A stretch of 63,233 bases of DNA, counting the filler, from Gonapodya sp. JEL0774 (Eukaryota): the NCBI GenBank assembly GCA_027604505.1. It is 29 parts of 29 records of this genome, joined end to end, with 100 filler letters (N's around TTAATTAATTAA, not from the genome) between each part and the next. Parts side by side here need not be neighbours in the genome. Positions count along the whole stretch, not along the records: positions 1 to 2,094 come from JADIIX010002252.1; positions 2,195 to 4,288 come from JADIIX010002253.1; positions 4,389 to 6,481 come from JADIIX010002254.1; positions 6,582 to 8,674 come from JADIIX010002255.1; positions 8,775 to 10,866 come from JADIIX010002256.1; 24 more parts are not named here. One strand, given 5' to 3'. The translations under genes and the position numbers were made by a program. Below the pieces are notes generated by a model that searched no databases, was not told the DNA's origin, and was given only the letters and a program-made list of their open reading frames with translations. This document shows, one piece after another, positions 1-10,966 of the stretch (its first letter is position 1; each line of letters begins with the position of its first letter).

Positions 1-2094
1 GAAACGGCTATTGGCCAGCCATTCCCTCCTGGGTGGGACCAAAAGAAAGCCAGAGCCATTCCGGACAAATTTTCGTCATATCAAGATTATAAGGCCATTT
101 TTCAGCCCCTATTTCTCTTAGAAGCATATGCGCAGTTCCTGAGCTCAATTGAGTCCTTTTCACCCACAGGGGCATTGGGATTGGTCCTCAAAAACTGCAC
201 CATTATAAACGACTTTATTGATGTCGTGTTTTCTGCTAGTGCTGATGAACCGTCCAAGCGGCCATCGGAGAACGACCTCATGTCTGTTACAAGTGATTCC
301 TGGAAAGGCGGTCAGGAATCGCAATCTTCGAAGCGCCCTCCGTCATTTCTAATGAAGGTTACTTCGGTGGAGCAGATCTTTGCGGGAGGGAGTAAGGAAT
401 GGCGCTTGGTGGCGAGGCTTTATCAAGCCGGAAATTCGCTTTTCTTTCAGCAATTGACACCCGGATCGCGGTGGCGAGGTGTCCGACAATTGTCTCTGAC
501 AACCCTCCATCGCGAATACCAAGGATTACAAGCTCTGGAGCATGCAGAACTAAGGTATGTTCATTTTGTTGTGTTAGTTGAAGATAGTGACACGACTATT
601 CCACCAAAGCAATGAGATTGTCACGGGTGTTATCGCCCCCTCTTCTGTAAAAAACGTTGATGTGTCCGACATCGCCAAACAGTGCAACCTAAATGAACCC
701 CAGTACGTTCATCGAGTTTCATAACATTATTCGCGAAATGTGTGATCTTAACGTTCTTGCGCGTGCTTGCAGAGCGCGTGCTGTGGCAACCGCAGTCAAT
801 CTTTCCCGCGGGTTCACTCTTATTCAAGGTAAGTACATGTGGTATTTTATCTGTTGCTCCCAGCTGCTAAATTCCGGCCTCTAAATACGATAGGGCCACC
901 AGTGAGTTTAGCGGATTTCTCGCGCATCGTACAGGTCCACCAATGCCTTCCAATGGATAGGGAACAGGCAAAACTCGAACCATTGTTGAGATTGTCCGAA
1001 TGCTCTACAATTCTTGGTCTTCGAAGAACTCGACAACTTCTGGGGGATCCACCACTTTGAGCTCGTCTGCGAGATTAAAAGGTCTTCATTTGCTTATTTC
1101 GACCCCCTCGAATGCCGGATGCGACGAGATCGCGCGGCGATTGATGAAAGGTGAGAAACCGCTGCCGCGACCTGCTAGTGTGGTAGGGAGGTTCACTCTT
1201 GCCGTTCAAATTAGAACCCGCTCCACTGCGGCTAGTTCGTCTAGGCGTTGCCGATTCTGTGGCGAGTGATGTGAAGGATATCTTGTTGGATCAGCTGGTG
1301 GAGCGAAAGGTAAACACCATGAACACCAATCAGAATCCCGTGCAATCAGACTCGGATGTCAGAAAAGAACTCCAAGATGTTATTAAAGAGAGAACTAGCG
1401 TCGAAAAGGAACTGAACTCTGCCGAACTCGACATAGCCAAACGGGACTCCCTGGAGAAGCGTCGTCAAAAGTTGAACGACCGTCGGCGGCAGCTCTCTAC
1501 GAAACTGGATGATATTAAACGCTTAAAACAACAACGTGCCGCTGCTGTTGCTTCACAACGAACTGGCGCACGGATTACCGCCTTGAATGAAGCCGATGTT
1601 GTGTGAGTTACCTTTGCGGCTCCACCTGTGCTTTCCCCAGTGGGATTGGGCCTATTGATTTTGCACATTTGCATGAAAATTGATGGAAGTTTGTCAACAC
1701 TTTCGGGGACTGGCCACGAGATACTCACTCAATTGTCTCATGGTTTCGAGACCTTGATATTGGACGAAGCAGGGCAAGTGGGTTTGTGACGAACTTTATG
1801 TTTCTTTGATGTGCTCAATTTATCCTCTACTCTTGTGAAACCATAAGGCCGTGGAGTTGAGCTCGCTTATCCCCTTTCGGTGAGTGAGGAGAAGCACCTC
1901 ATATACCGTCATTATCGCAAGGTTTCTCACGTCGATGGTATTTCCACAGCCTCGGGATCCAGAGAGCGATCCTAGTGGGTGGTGCGTTGAGTGTAGGATT
2001 GTCTCATCTTTGTGCAATGCAATTCTAAACACTCGCCCTCTCAGACCCAAACCAGCTACCCCCAACAGGCACGTTTTTAGCCGTGCCAGCCAAT
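1..2094 (+). CDS. SEN1: Sen1/senataxin-type Upf1-like SF1 RNA/DNA helicase, internal multi-exon fragment
   Basis: Frame 1 reads IPDKFSSYQDYKAIFQPLFLLE and LTTLHREYQGL. Spliced Walker A is LIQG|PP|GTGKT, motif Ia is STPSNAGCDEIARRL, then LVRLG, and Walker B ILDEAGQ near 1760 followed by AVELSSLIP. GT-AG introns. Confidence 0.85.
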
Positions 2095-2194
2095 NNNNNN
2101 NNNNNNNNNNNNNNNNNNNNNNNNNNNNNNNNNNNNNNTTAATTAATTAANNNNNNNNNNNNNNNNNNNNNNNNNNNNNNNNNNNNNNNNNNNN
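2095..2194. other. Artificial contig spacer (N44-TTAATTAATTAA-N44), first of 28
   Basis: Identical 100-nt blocks start at 2095, 4289, 6482, 8675, 10867, 13059, 15250, 17440, 19630, 21820, 24008, 26195, 28380, 30565, 32750, 34934, 37118, 39301, 41484, 43663, 45842, 48021, 50200, 52377, 54550, 56722, 58894 and 61065. The core gives stops in all six frames, and contig lengths fall from 2094 to 2069. Confidence 0.98.
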
Positions 2195-4288
2195 TTGTGA
2201 TAGATTGAGGTCCATGAAATAGAACTGTGATGGATCCGGTGCCATCTGCAATTGACACAGAATCATTGGCTGCCAAGCCAATCTCAATTCGTTCATGTTT
2301 GAAGTTATTCATTAGTGATTTGATCGGGCAGATAGAATGAGAAGCTGCAGTGTCAACATGAACTTCAACATCAAGTGTCTGCCAGTCAGATATGATAGAA
2401 CGTGAAGCTGCAGTAAAATTAGCATGAATAACATTAGCAGAATCATGTAAAGGTGAATAAACATTCGCTGAGCACGTATCTGAAGTTGTGACACACTCAT
2501 GGGGGCCTTCATGAGTGGCAACCGGCGAAGGTTGCATTGTCACTGTCTCCTCAGCACGTCCCGACCCCACATCTTTTAAAGACGCAGTCGTGGGACGTAC
2601 TGGCCGGGGTGACCCGGTCTTTGGTAGGGGTCGTGGTGTGGTGGTCACACCACACTGCTCATGTCCGCTCACAAAATCATCATTTTCTCCATCACGAGTG
2701 GTCGAATCAATCTGAAATTTTGAAGCGGCATTCGCCTCATTATCTTCTTTGTATCGACTCTTGCGAACCGGAAATTTTGTATGAGTATGGTCGATCACAA
2801 AATCCTTGTTTCCTCCACGAGGAAGCGTCCGTATGCCCTCAAATTTGGAAGAGATACTGTCCATAGTATCACGTTTCGTTTGGCCATTTCGAATTTGTGT
2901 CGCAGTGGTGGTGGGGGTGTGGCTGCTACGATTCATTTCACCTTCCCTCCCAACACCATCATCACTGTTCATATTAGCCCCAAAATTTGTCAGGGTGTTC
3001 TTCATTAATGTCTCATTGTTTGTAGGAGCAGCAGGAACCACCGCAATGCTGTGTTCTTTGCGTTTTGCGCGTATGTAGTCTTCATCCGATGTGTATTCCG
3101 AATTATGATCCACTGATACATCTGGGTGGTTCTTAAACTTCACGCCTCCATTGCCCTTATTTGTGGTGTTGTTTTTCTGCTTCCCCGCAGTAACTGCGTT
3201 AGCTGCTTTCTTCTCTTTCTTTGACAAACGGACTGGACATTCTCCACACTGGTGAGCTTCATTTCCACACGTCCCACACGCCTTCCTGCAATTGCAGGAC
3301 AAATGTCCAGCACTGTTGCGGTTGTAGCAAGTGAGAGAGAGTTTTGGTGGGGAGTTTTGGGGGTGGGATGGACGTGTCTTAATGACATTCGCCGCGAAGC
3401 TCGATTGTAGCTTCATGCTTTCCTTGCGCGTTTCGTCAATCTTCATTGCCGTTACGATTTCGTCAATTTCAATCGATTTTTTGTAGGCGTATTTGTTGTA
3501 AACGGCGGGGTATTCATCGTAGATGGCTTCCAGAAACTGGACCACCTTCGTTTTGTCACCCATCATTCCACCCATAGCCGTATACTCCTCCCATTTTGCC
3601 CAGAAGTCCGTTACAAACTCATCCACAGGTCTTCCGTCGGGGCGGACAGCTTGCCACTCCCTCAGAGCCTGGGATTCCCTCACAACACTCACCACAACAA
3701 ATTTCCGCTCCAATGCTTTCCACAGTTCCATCGCAGTTCCATCCATCGATTTTCCCATTCGCACGGCGAGTTGCCGGGTGATTTTCGATTTGATGGTGGA
3801 TACAATGAGTTTGTTCGTAGATTTGATTCCGGCAGCAGTTGGGCCAGTGGGGGGAATCGGGATGGTTGTCGAACTGGAACTACTGCCGTCCCCGGCAGTC
3901 CGTGTTCCCGCTAATAGCGTCACAAGATGATTGGAGGATGTAATATCAATAAAAGAACCGTCCATCTGACGGACCCCTTTGATGTGTTCCACGTTCCCGG
4001 TCAACTCCAAAGCGTTTTCAAATTCATACGCCCAATCACAATACTTGGACGATTTCGTTGTTTCGGTCAACGTATCAGTGACCCGTTTCAATATATCATT
4101 GGGTTTGAATTCATTTGCCATGATGGCAGGTGTTTGTTTCAGTGGGTTGCGGTGACAGAGGAGGGATATGAGGGGGAAGATCGATTCCACAATTGTCCAA
4201 AAGTGTCCAAAATCCTTGATAGAGCACTGTTTAGTGCTCCGGGCTCATAACCTGTCAAAGATAGTGGACGTCCTTGTCTGTGCAACTT
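2195..4288 (-). mobile_element. Ty1/copia LTR retrotransposon, 5' part: LTR end, PBS, gag (likely ATG at 4121) and start of protease
   Basis: UBN2-like gag (TAMELWKALERKF ... VDEFVTDF), two zinc knuckles (CYNRNSAGHLSCNC with one Cys lost; CGTCGNEAHQCGEC), protease VHVDTAASHSICP, and LTR end ...TTTGACA directly followed by the PBS. Confidence 0.88.
4241..4252 (-). promoter_or_regulatory. Primer-binding site GGTTATGAGCCC (tRNA-iMet anticodon-region type) abutting LTR end (4253-4288)
   Basis: Minus strand reads ...CTTTGACA|GGTTATGAGCCC, about 120 nt upstream of the gag ATG. The same 12-mer occurs at 25572-25583. Confidence 0.8.
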
Positions 4289-4388
4289 NNNNNNNNNNNN
4301 NNNNNNNNNNNNNNNNNNNNNNNNNNNNNNNNTTAATTAATTAANNNNNNNNNNNNNNNNNNNNNNNNNNNNNNNNNNNNNNNNNNNN

Positions 4389-6380
4389 ACCTCATCGTCT
4401 ACCTCGATGCCCGCTCCCCCTCCCCTTCCGCGAACTCCACGCTCTCCCTTCTCGCCCAATCTATATGGCATCTCGCGCCCCCACACGACGTCAAACGTCC
4501 TGCCACGGTCATGCTCGAAGGCGGGTGGGACGCGTGGATGGCCCACATGAGGTCAACCAAGTCGTCCGAAGCAGATTGGGTCGAGAAGGGTATCGATGGG
4601 TGGGGAGCCATAGGTGTGGGCGGAAGCAGGGGGGGTGGGAGGGATGGGCTGGTCAGGAGTGTCGGGGATTATGTGAGTATTCATAGCGGAGTGCGAGGAG
4701 TGATCCGTTCCGTCACGCTTAGGACAGGGCAATGCGATGTGCATAAAACTCATCCACACCATCATCCTCCACTGCAGCTCTCCAAAACCCCAGCGGACCG
4801 TACCGCGCCCGCAAATCCCACTCCGTATCGACCTTCCTACGACCCACCCGCACCGCTCCGCCCCATTCAAAACACGGTCCAACAGCCTCCTGTGGCCCTC
4901 TCCCGCCCACCGTCCACTACGAGCCCTACGCGTAAGGGATCGTCCAACGAGCCATATAGAGGCAGCTTGAAGGGGTTCGACGATCCGTTTGCGGGGTTTG
5001 CGTTCGATTGTGAGTTTGCGGATGGGGTGGGGGGAAGAGTTGAAGATGGGCCGAGTCCAAGTACGAAAACCGATCACTTCCCTCCCACGCCTGCCACATC
5101 TGCAAACCAGATCCCTCCATCAAAGCCCAACCCCGCACAGTATCGCTCCGTGCAATGGAAACCATGCCCCCCGCCCTCCCGCTCTCCCGTCCTCCAAGCG
5201 GGTCGGTAACTCCCTCGGGACAGGCCTACATTCCCTCCGCTGGACCAGTACCTTCGTCACTCCCCCGTGGCACAGATCAGGGACCGCAGGTCTCGGCTAT
5301 GCCCCGCGTTCCCCAGCGCGCGCAATCATTTGGGTCTGTCATACCAGGGCCAGTACCAATGCCCGCCGGGTACCCGCTAATGGGACAGCAAGGTGCCGGT
5401 GGTGTGGGAGGAGCCGGATACGGCACGGCACCACGTGCTCCCGCCCCTGCCATTCCTCCAAAACCACCTCTCTATGTCTCCCCAACACCCCCCTACATCC
5501 CTCCCTTCGCGTTCCCGCCGCCCCGCGCATCCTCTCCCGGCGCGGGCGGCCACCAACAACGCTTCTTCACACCCATCTCCCCAATCTCCCTGGGTCCTGG
5601 TACCGGTGGCTCTGGTCGCGCCCCTGCACCCGCCGTACCCGCCCGTCCCGGCGGCGGATTCAATCCCACGGACAGTATGGTGGCGGATTGGCAATTGACT
5701 CCGAGCAGTGCCAATTTCAGGACCACGGGGTTGAAGAACATGGGAAACACGTGTTACATGAACTCGACTTTGCAGTGTCTGAGTGGGACGGTTCCATTAG
5801 CCTCATACTTTAGGAGTGAGTTGCACGAAGGAGAGAATCGGTGTTGTTGGTGTAGTTCGTAATCTGAAGTGACCACTTTCTTCCCCATCGGTATCGGAAC
5901 CTCCCCTGCAATCACTTGCTTCTTGATACCTCGCGGACTCCACTCCTCGCACCAGACGGTCGCTACAGGCGAGATCTCAACCGCTCCAACTCCCTCGGCA
6001 CCCGCGGCGAAGTTGCTGAATCATTTGCCCGTCTCGTGCAGCAACTCTGGCGCGGTGACGAATCCTACCTCGTGCCCGATAATCTCCGGGACGCTGTTTG
6101 CGTCCACGCGCCTCAGTTCCGCGGCTACGAACAGCAGGATTCGCAAGAGTTCTTGGCCTTCTTGATGGACGCCTTGCACGAGGATTTAAACCGTGGGAGA
6201 ATAGGGAACGCGAGGGTGCAGCCCATGACGAAGCGAGAGGAAGAGGAGGAAGCTAAGCTGCCAGTCGCGCAGCAGGCGTCGAGAGCTTGGGATCGTTATC
6301 TGAGGTACAATGATAGTATCATCGTGAGAGACTTTCAGGGGCAGTACGGGAGTGGTCTGGAGTGTTTATCTTGTGGGCAT
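4389..6380 (+). CDS. DOA4: Ubiquitin C-terminal hydrolase of Doa4/USP8 type (end of rhodanese domain, Pro-rich linker, USP Cys box), partial, multi-exon
   Basis: MLEGGWDAW (rhodanese end), [67 protein letters not shown]. Confidence 0.85.
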
Positions 6381-6589
6381 GTGAGTATCGGAGTCTGTTC
6401 GACACACTGGTGGCCAGGCTGACATTCGTTTGCACTCAAATTACCCCTGATGGCGATCTTATTGGGCCTTGACGTCACTCTNNNNNNNNNNNNNNNNNNN
6501 NNNNNNNNNNNNNNNNNNNNNNNNNTTAATTAATTAANNNNNNNNNNNNNNNNNNNNNNNNNNNNNNNNNNNNNNNNNNNNCAGTACAA

Positions 6590-7090
6590 TTAAACGGAGT
6601 GTCCCACTGTTAAAGAAACTGCACCCCCAACTGCTAGTGCCGCCACTTGCGAGTCACCAGATGTGTCCATTGGTTCACAAACAGCCGTTGCACCTTTTAG
6701 ACGAGCCTCCAGGGCAGTGAGACGGGTGAAAATCTCATCCACTTTGGTAAAGAGGATCTTAGTGGTGCTGGTGCCAGTTTTCACGTTGCTGGAGCCACTG
6801 GGAGCGGCTGTGCTTTCAACGTGAGGTGGGCTCACTGTCTGGTTGGAACGAATTGACCCGCCACCAAAGTGGCCTTGTTGCGCCTGGTAATGGGTGTCTG
6901 TGTCAGCCAGGAGATCTAGCAGAGTGCAGATGTCGTCATAGTTGGTGTACTCGGCATGAGGGTGGGCGCAGCGGTGGATTCCAAATCGGCAGTTATTGAG
7001 CAGGTATTTTTGGCAGATTTGACTGAAAAACATTTGCACGTTTGTAGATATGTATGTTTTGAGTGCGACCCAGTGCAGGCCCAGCAACAT
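6590..7090 (-). CDS. Probably TE-associated ORF with a CCCH-like zinc finger
   Basis: CQKYLLNNCRFGIHRCAHPH, then a short coiled coil (RLTALEARL) and EPMD. Lies in a CpG-poor repeat contig. Confidence 0.35.
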   Translation of the reverse strand: MLLGLHWVALKTYISTNVQMFFSQICQKYLLNNCRFGIHRCAHPHAEYTNYDDICTLLDLLADTDTHYQAQQGHFGGGSIRSNQTVSPPHVESTAAPSGSSNVKTGTSTTKILFTKVDEIFTRLTALEARLKGATAVCEPMDTSGDSQVAALAVGGAVSLTVGHSV

Positions 7091-7381
7091 TGATCAGGCA
7101 TCAGTACAAGTGGCGCAAGGGAGAGGGGTGACTGACACAATCCTCACCCTTTCTCGTATTTGGGGACAAAATTAACCAGCTTGCAACCGGCATTGGTGGT
7201 TCTCCTACGGGTGGAAGCCGGTCAGATGCCGGACTGGGGATCGCTGTTGCCATGTCCCAATTCAAGGTGTATGCTGACAAAGTGGCAGAGGAGCCCATGA
7301 AACCTCAAACCATCTCAGAGCAAGCAAATGCCAGTCTGCAAGGTGACAACGTGCCAAGAAAGGGGTTGGCTGCGGCGGGTG

Positions 7382-7625
7382 TGTTTGTCAAAGAAGTTTG
7401 GAATGTAGTGAAACAAGTTTGAGAGGTTGGAACTCCACTGCTCAAGTGGGTTTTTATAGGACATTCATGACTTTGTATAAACATGTTTAATCGTAATATG
7501 ATTACGAGAGTGCCACGTAGCGCTTTGTTTCAATTTATTGAGGAGAATCAGCTCCATGTTGGGGTGCGATAAAGTTCTGCACTTGGTTTTCCCACCAACC
7601 AAACCAGTTGACCTTTCGGCAAACA
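7382..7625. repeat. Candidate LTR (244 bp) inserted into a copia element
   Basis: TGTTTG...CAAACA termini, a TATA-like CCTATAAAA on the minus strand, and copia homology to 24108-24153 that begins immediately after 7625. Confidence 0.35.
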
Positions 7626-7626
7626 T

Positions 7627-8400
7627 TGTTTCTTGGCTGCAAGTTCTCAGCACAGAATACTTATTGATTCAGCTGCAACTGATTGCATTACATCTTTAAG
7701 TGATGCTCTGGTGGATTTCTCTCCACAACCTGTCATGTTAGCTTTGGCTGCAAAAGGGGCCAACTCTTTGGCTTCTGGACGTGGATCTCTGTCTCTCAGA
7801 TTTCAGGGACCTCAGAAGTTTGTTGATGTCAAGATAGGAAGAGTTATTCTGGATCCAAACGCAAGGAATACTTTGTTAGCAACAGCATCACTTCAAGCTC
7901 TTGGATTTCAGATCAGCTTTCCAGCATATGAGAATACATGTGTTATCAGTGATCAGAAGGGAAGAGAAGTTTGCAGAGGTTATAGGCGCTCTGGCAATCT
8001 ATATGATATGCCCATTTCAGTGATTTACCCAAGTGTTGGAAATGCAGAATTTCATAATGTAGAACCAGCTGACCATATCATCAAGCATGCACTGGCACAT
8101 TTGAAACTTGCACATGTTGGAGATAGAGATCTGGTGAACATTGCAAAGTCTGGCAAAATGCCTGACCTTCTGGCTGAACATGTACACAACCCTCTACATT
8201 GCCTGGGCTGTGAGATTGGCAAGGCATCTAGGTTACCTTTTAGCAAACCACCTAGGGAAAAAGAAACTCAACCTGGAGGAAGAGTTCACTTGGACTTATG
8301 GGGACCGGCAAGAGTGGAAGGATTGAAAAAGGAGATGTACCCTGGAACATTCATCTTAAAGCAACTGAGAAGTGATAATGCGGGGGAGCTCTTGATGTCA
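7627..8400 (+). mobile_element. Ty1/copia protease, GAG-pre-integrase and truncated integrase (degenerate)
   Basis: ILIDSAATDCITS; YRRSGNLY; HHCC motif HLKLAH...CLGCEIGK; RVHLDLWGP; LRSDNAGE. The interval between the two catalytic Asp motifs is abnormally short (internal deletion), and the ORF then runs into another repeat. Confidence 0.88.
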
Positions 8401-8406
8401 AACTAC

Positions 8407-8545
8407 AAAAATCTAAAAACTACTCTATATGCATCTATATACTAATAGATATCACATCTATCCAAGGAATGGGTGCTGCAAGCAGTGGTCACGCGTGGGG
8501 GTGAACAGGGATGACTCGTGTCGTGCCTGTGGGGTCACGTGACTC
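8407..8545 (+). repeat. Dispersed non-coding repeat X, copy 1
   Basis: Aligns to the reverse complement of 25859-25974 (shared GATATCACATCTATCCAAGGAATGGGTGC and GGGGTGAACAGGGA). Confidence 0.8.
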
Positions 8546-8774
8546 CAGCTAAACTCCCACTTTAGCTGTCGTCTCACAACATTATTTCTGACCTTTAGCA
8601 GCCAATGATAGAAAGATGTTCTCCTGCTGAAATGAACTGAGACCCTGTCCAAGAGGTGTAATACAGTCTGATGCNNNNNNNNNNNNNNNNNNNNNNNNNN
8701 NNNNNNNNNNNNNNNNNNTTAATTAATTAANNNNNNNNNNNNNNNNNNNNNNNNNNNNNNNNNNNNNNNNNNNN

Positions 8775-10137
8775 GGCCAACCAAGGCCGATCCAATGGAC
8801 AAAGGGTAGTAACCCAACCGACACACATTTGAGAAAAATCATCCCAACTAAGATTTGGGAGAAGATCGATAAGGAACTGTCGAACCACGCTTTGGAAACT
8901 TTATCACCTTTTTTTGAGCACGTTATCCACTGTGCATGGAATCCACCAGCTGGTGGAACTTTGCGCCACCGCTGGCTATTCTGTGGGATTATTTCCATTG
9001 CGGAGGCTCAGGGAATTGCTGATTTCCCACTTCAGAAGCTGCTGACGTACTTCGATACAGCAAACATTTTTGGCAGCACTAGTGGGCGATATCGTAGAGA
9101 TGACAACATTCAGATTGGAGCGGATTCCACATTATATGCTCACGGGCTTTCGTGGTATATTCGTGAACGTTTGAGAGAATCGATTCCTGCCACTGAACAA
9201 TCCGGGATCGACAGTGCGTATAAACATGAGGGTGGTTTGAGCCTTGGATCTTAACGCACAACTGTCCACTTTTTTTTTAAGGCAAATCATCTTCTGACCA
9301 CAATGAGTTCGCCCAAAGCCTCCAGCGTACTTGGAATGAGGCTGTTTCGAAACACATCTCACTCGAAACAAACACTTGGCTCAGAGTGGTTGTTGATCCA
9401 TTTGTTGATTCGGTTGTTCGAGAAGCGCTGAAAAGGGCCGACGTATCGGAGAACATTCGAGAAAATATTAGGCGTCGTGAGTTATTGGAGGTCGTTCTCA
9501 GTCGTGGTGATGAGCTCTAACTTGGTATTTTACAGGATCCCGCCCAGTATCAAAGTCCGAAATTTCACATTCCCGTGATCAGCAAATTGTCTTTCAACTT
9601 CTTGCATTTATTTCGACTGTGGTGTTAAATGTTCGCATCGATCTGACAAACACTGAGTCTCCCCCACTGACTATCAAGTCTGTCGCTCTGAGAAGTCACA
9701 CCTCGGACAACCTGCTGGACGCTCAGGCAACCAAGCTCAAGAAAGACAGCAACGCAAATGCTTGGCTTGACAAAGCAAAGGATTTCACGACTTTGGAAAG
9801 CCCGTCTGCTCCGAGATCTTTAGAGTCTTGCATCGCCGTTGTCCGCAGTTTGGTGGAATCGGCATTTGTGGAGGACATTGTCGGCCAGGAAAAGCGGGTC
9901 CACATCCCTAAGGATTTCATTGTTCAACAAGTGCACATGAACCTTGGAGTCAGTGGTGCTCGCGAACGATCTAAGACAGAGCTCAAGCAACTCATAGAGC
10001 ATCTGGATCGTGCTTCACGGTTGTTTTCTGAAGATTTGGACGTACCCAAGATGGACTATCTGGAATTCGTCCTGGAATCAAAGTTGGAAGCGGTGGCACG
10101 TATGGTGGAGTACTGGCGGAGAGTCTTCCACGAGTAG
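8775..10137 (+). CDS. Hypothetical protein, 3' part, multi-exon
   Basis: Open from the contig start to a donor near 9232, with later exons ending at the stop at 10137. No recognised motif. Confidence 0.5.
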
Positions 10138-10508
10138 GTAGGCGGGTCAGATCCTCCTTGGAGTGTAAATACTATGGTGAATCGAAAGGTGAATGGAACG
10201 GAAACACCCAACATGGAACTTAGAAATAAATCAGCAAACAAGAATATACCAGTCACATTTCTTTAATGCTATTGCAGACCAGAAATTTTGGGTCTTTAGT
10301 ACAAATCTATGTATGTGCTTCGGTAGATTACTGCAAAGTACAACTCTTTCTCTGCAAGACCCGTGCTGAAATAATACTGATCCTTTCAAGATTTAAGTTC
10401 CCACTCCAGCGTATGACGAAAACTCATGTTTGATCAACTTCGCCCAACTTGAAATCATGGTCATGCGCCATCGAGCCGATATATAGCAAAACAAGGGCAT
10501 ATACGTGT

Positions 10509-10866
10509 TCATGAGTCGCGATCTAGCGTTGACTTCCGATCTCGAAGTTGCTCCACTTCAAAGTGTTTTAATTGTCTTAAGAATCCCTGGTTGATGGCGA
10601 CAGACTTCCTCGCCTCCGTTACTAAATTTACTGCTTCCACGAGAGTCAAACCCCGCCTCGCTATCAACCAAGCAACGACACCTGCTGCGGACCTGCTCTT
10701 CCCTTGGTAGCAGTGGACTAGAACACCACCGCGTGTAGGACTACCCTCACTCGCTTCCCGAATCCCTGCATCAATGGCATCCACCACGGCCGGCAGGGAA
10801 TCACGAATTTCAAACTTTATTGAATCCACCCATGGCCAGCCAGTCCAAGTCGCTCGTGAAGCATGG
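10509..10866 (-). CDS. Dual-specificity protein phosphatase, C-terminal part
   Basis: GGVLVHCYQGKSRSAAGVVAWLI (HCx5R) and INQGFLRQL. Confidence 0.9.
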
Positions 10867-10966
10867 NNNNNNNNNNNNNNNNNNNNNNNNNNNNNNNNNN
10901 NNNNNNNNNNTTAATTAATTAANNNNNNNNNNNNNNNNNNNNNNNNNNNNNNNNNNNNNNNNNNNN

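Noticed and set aside
8546..8590. Helitron 3' end (hairpin)
   Set aside because: No CTRR terminus at the expected distance downstream.
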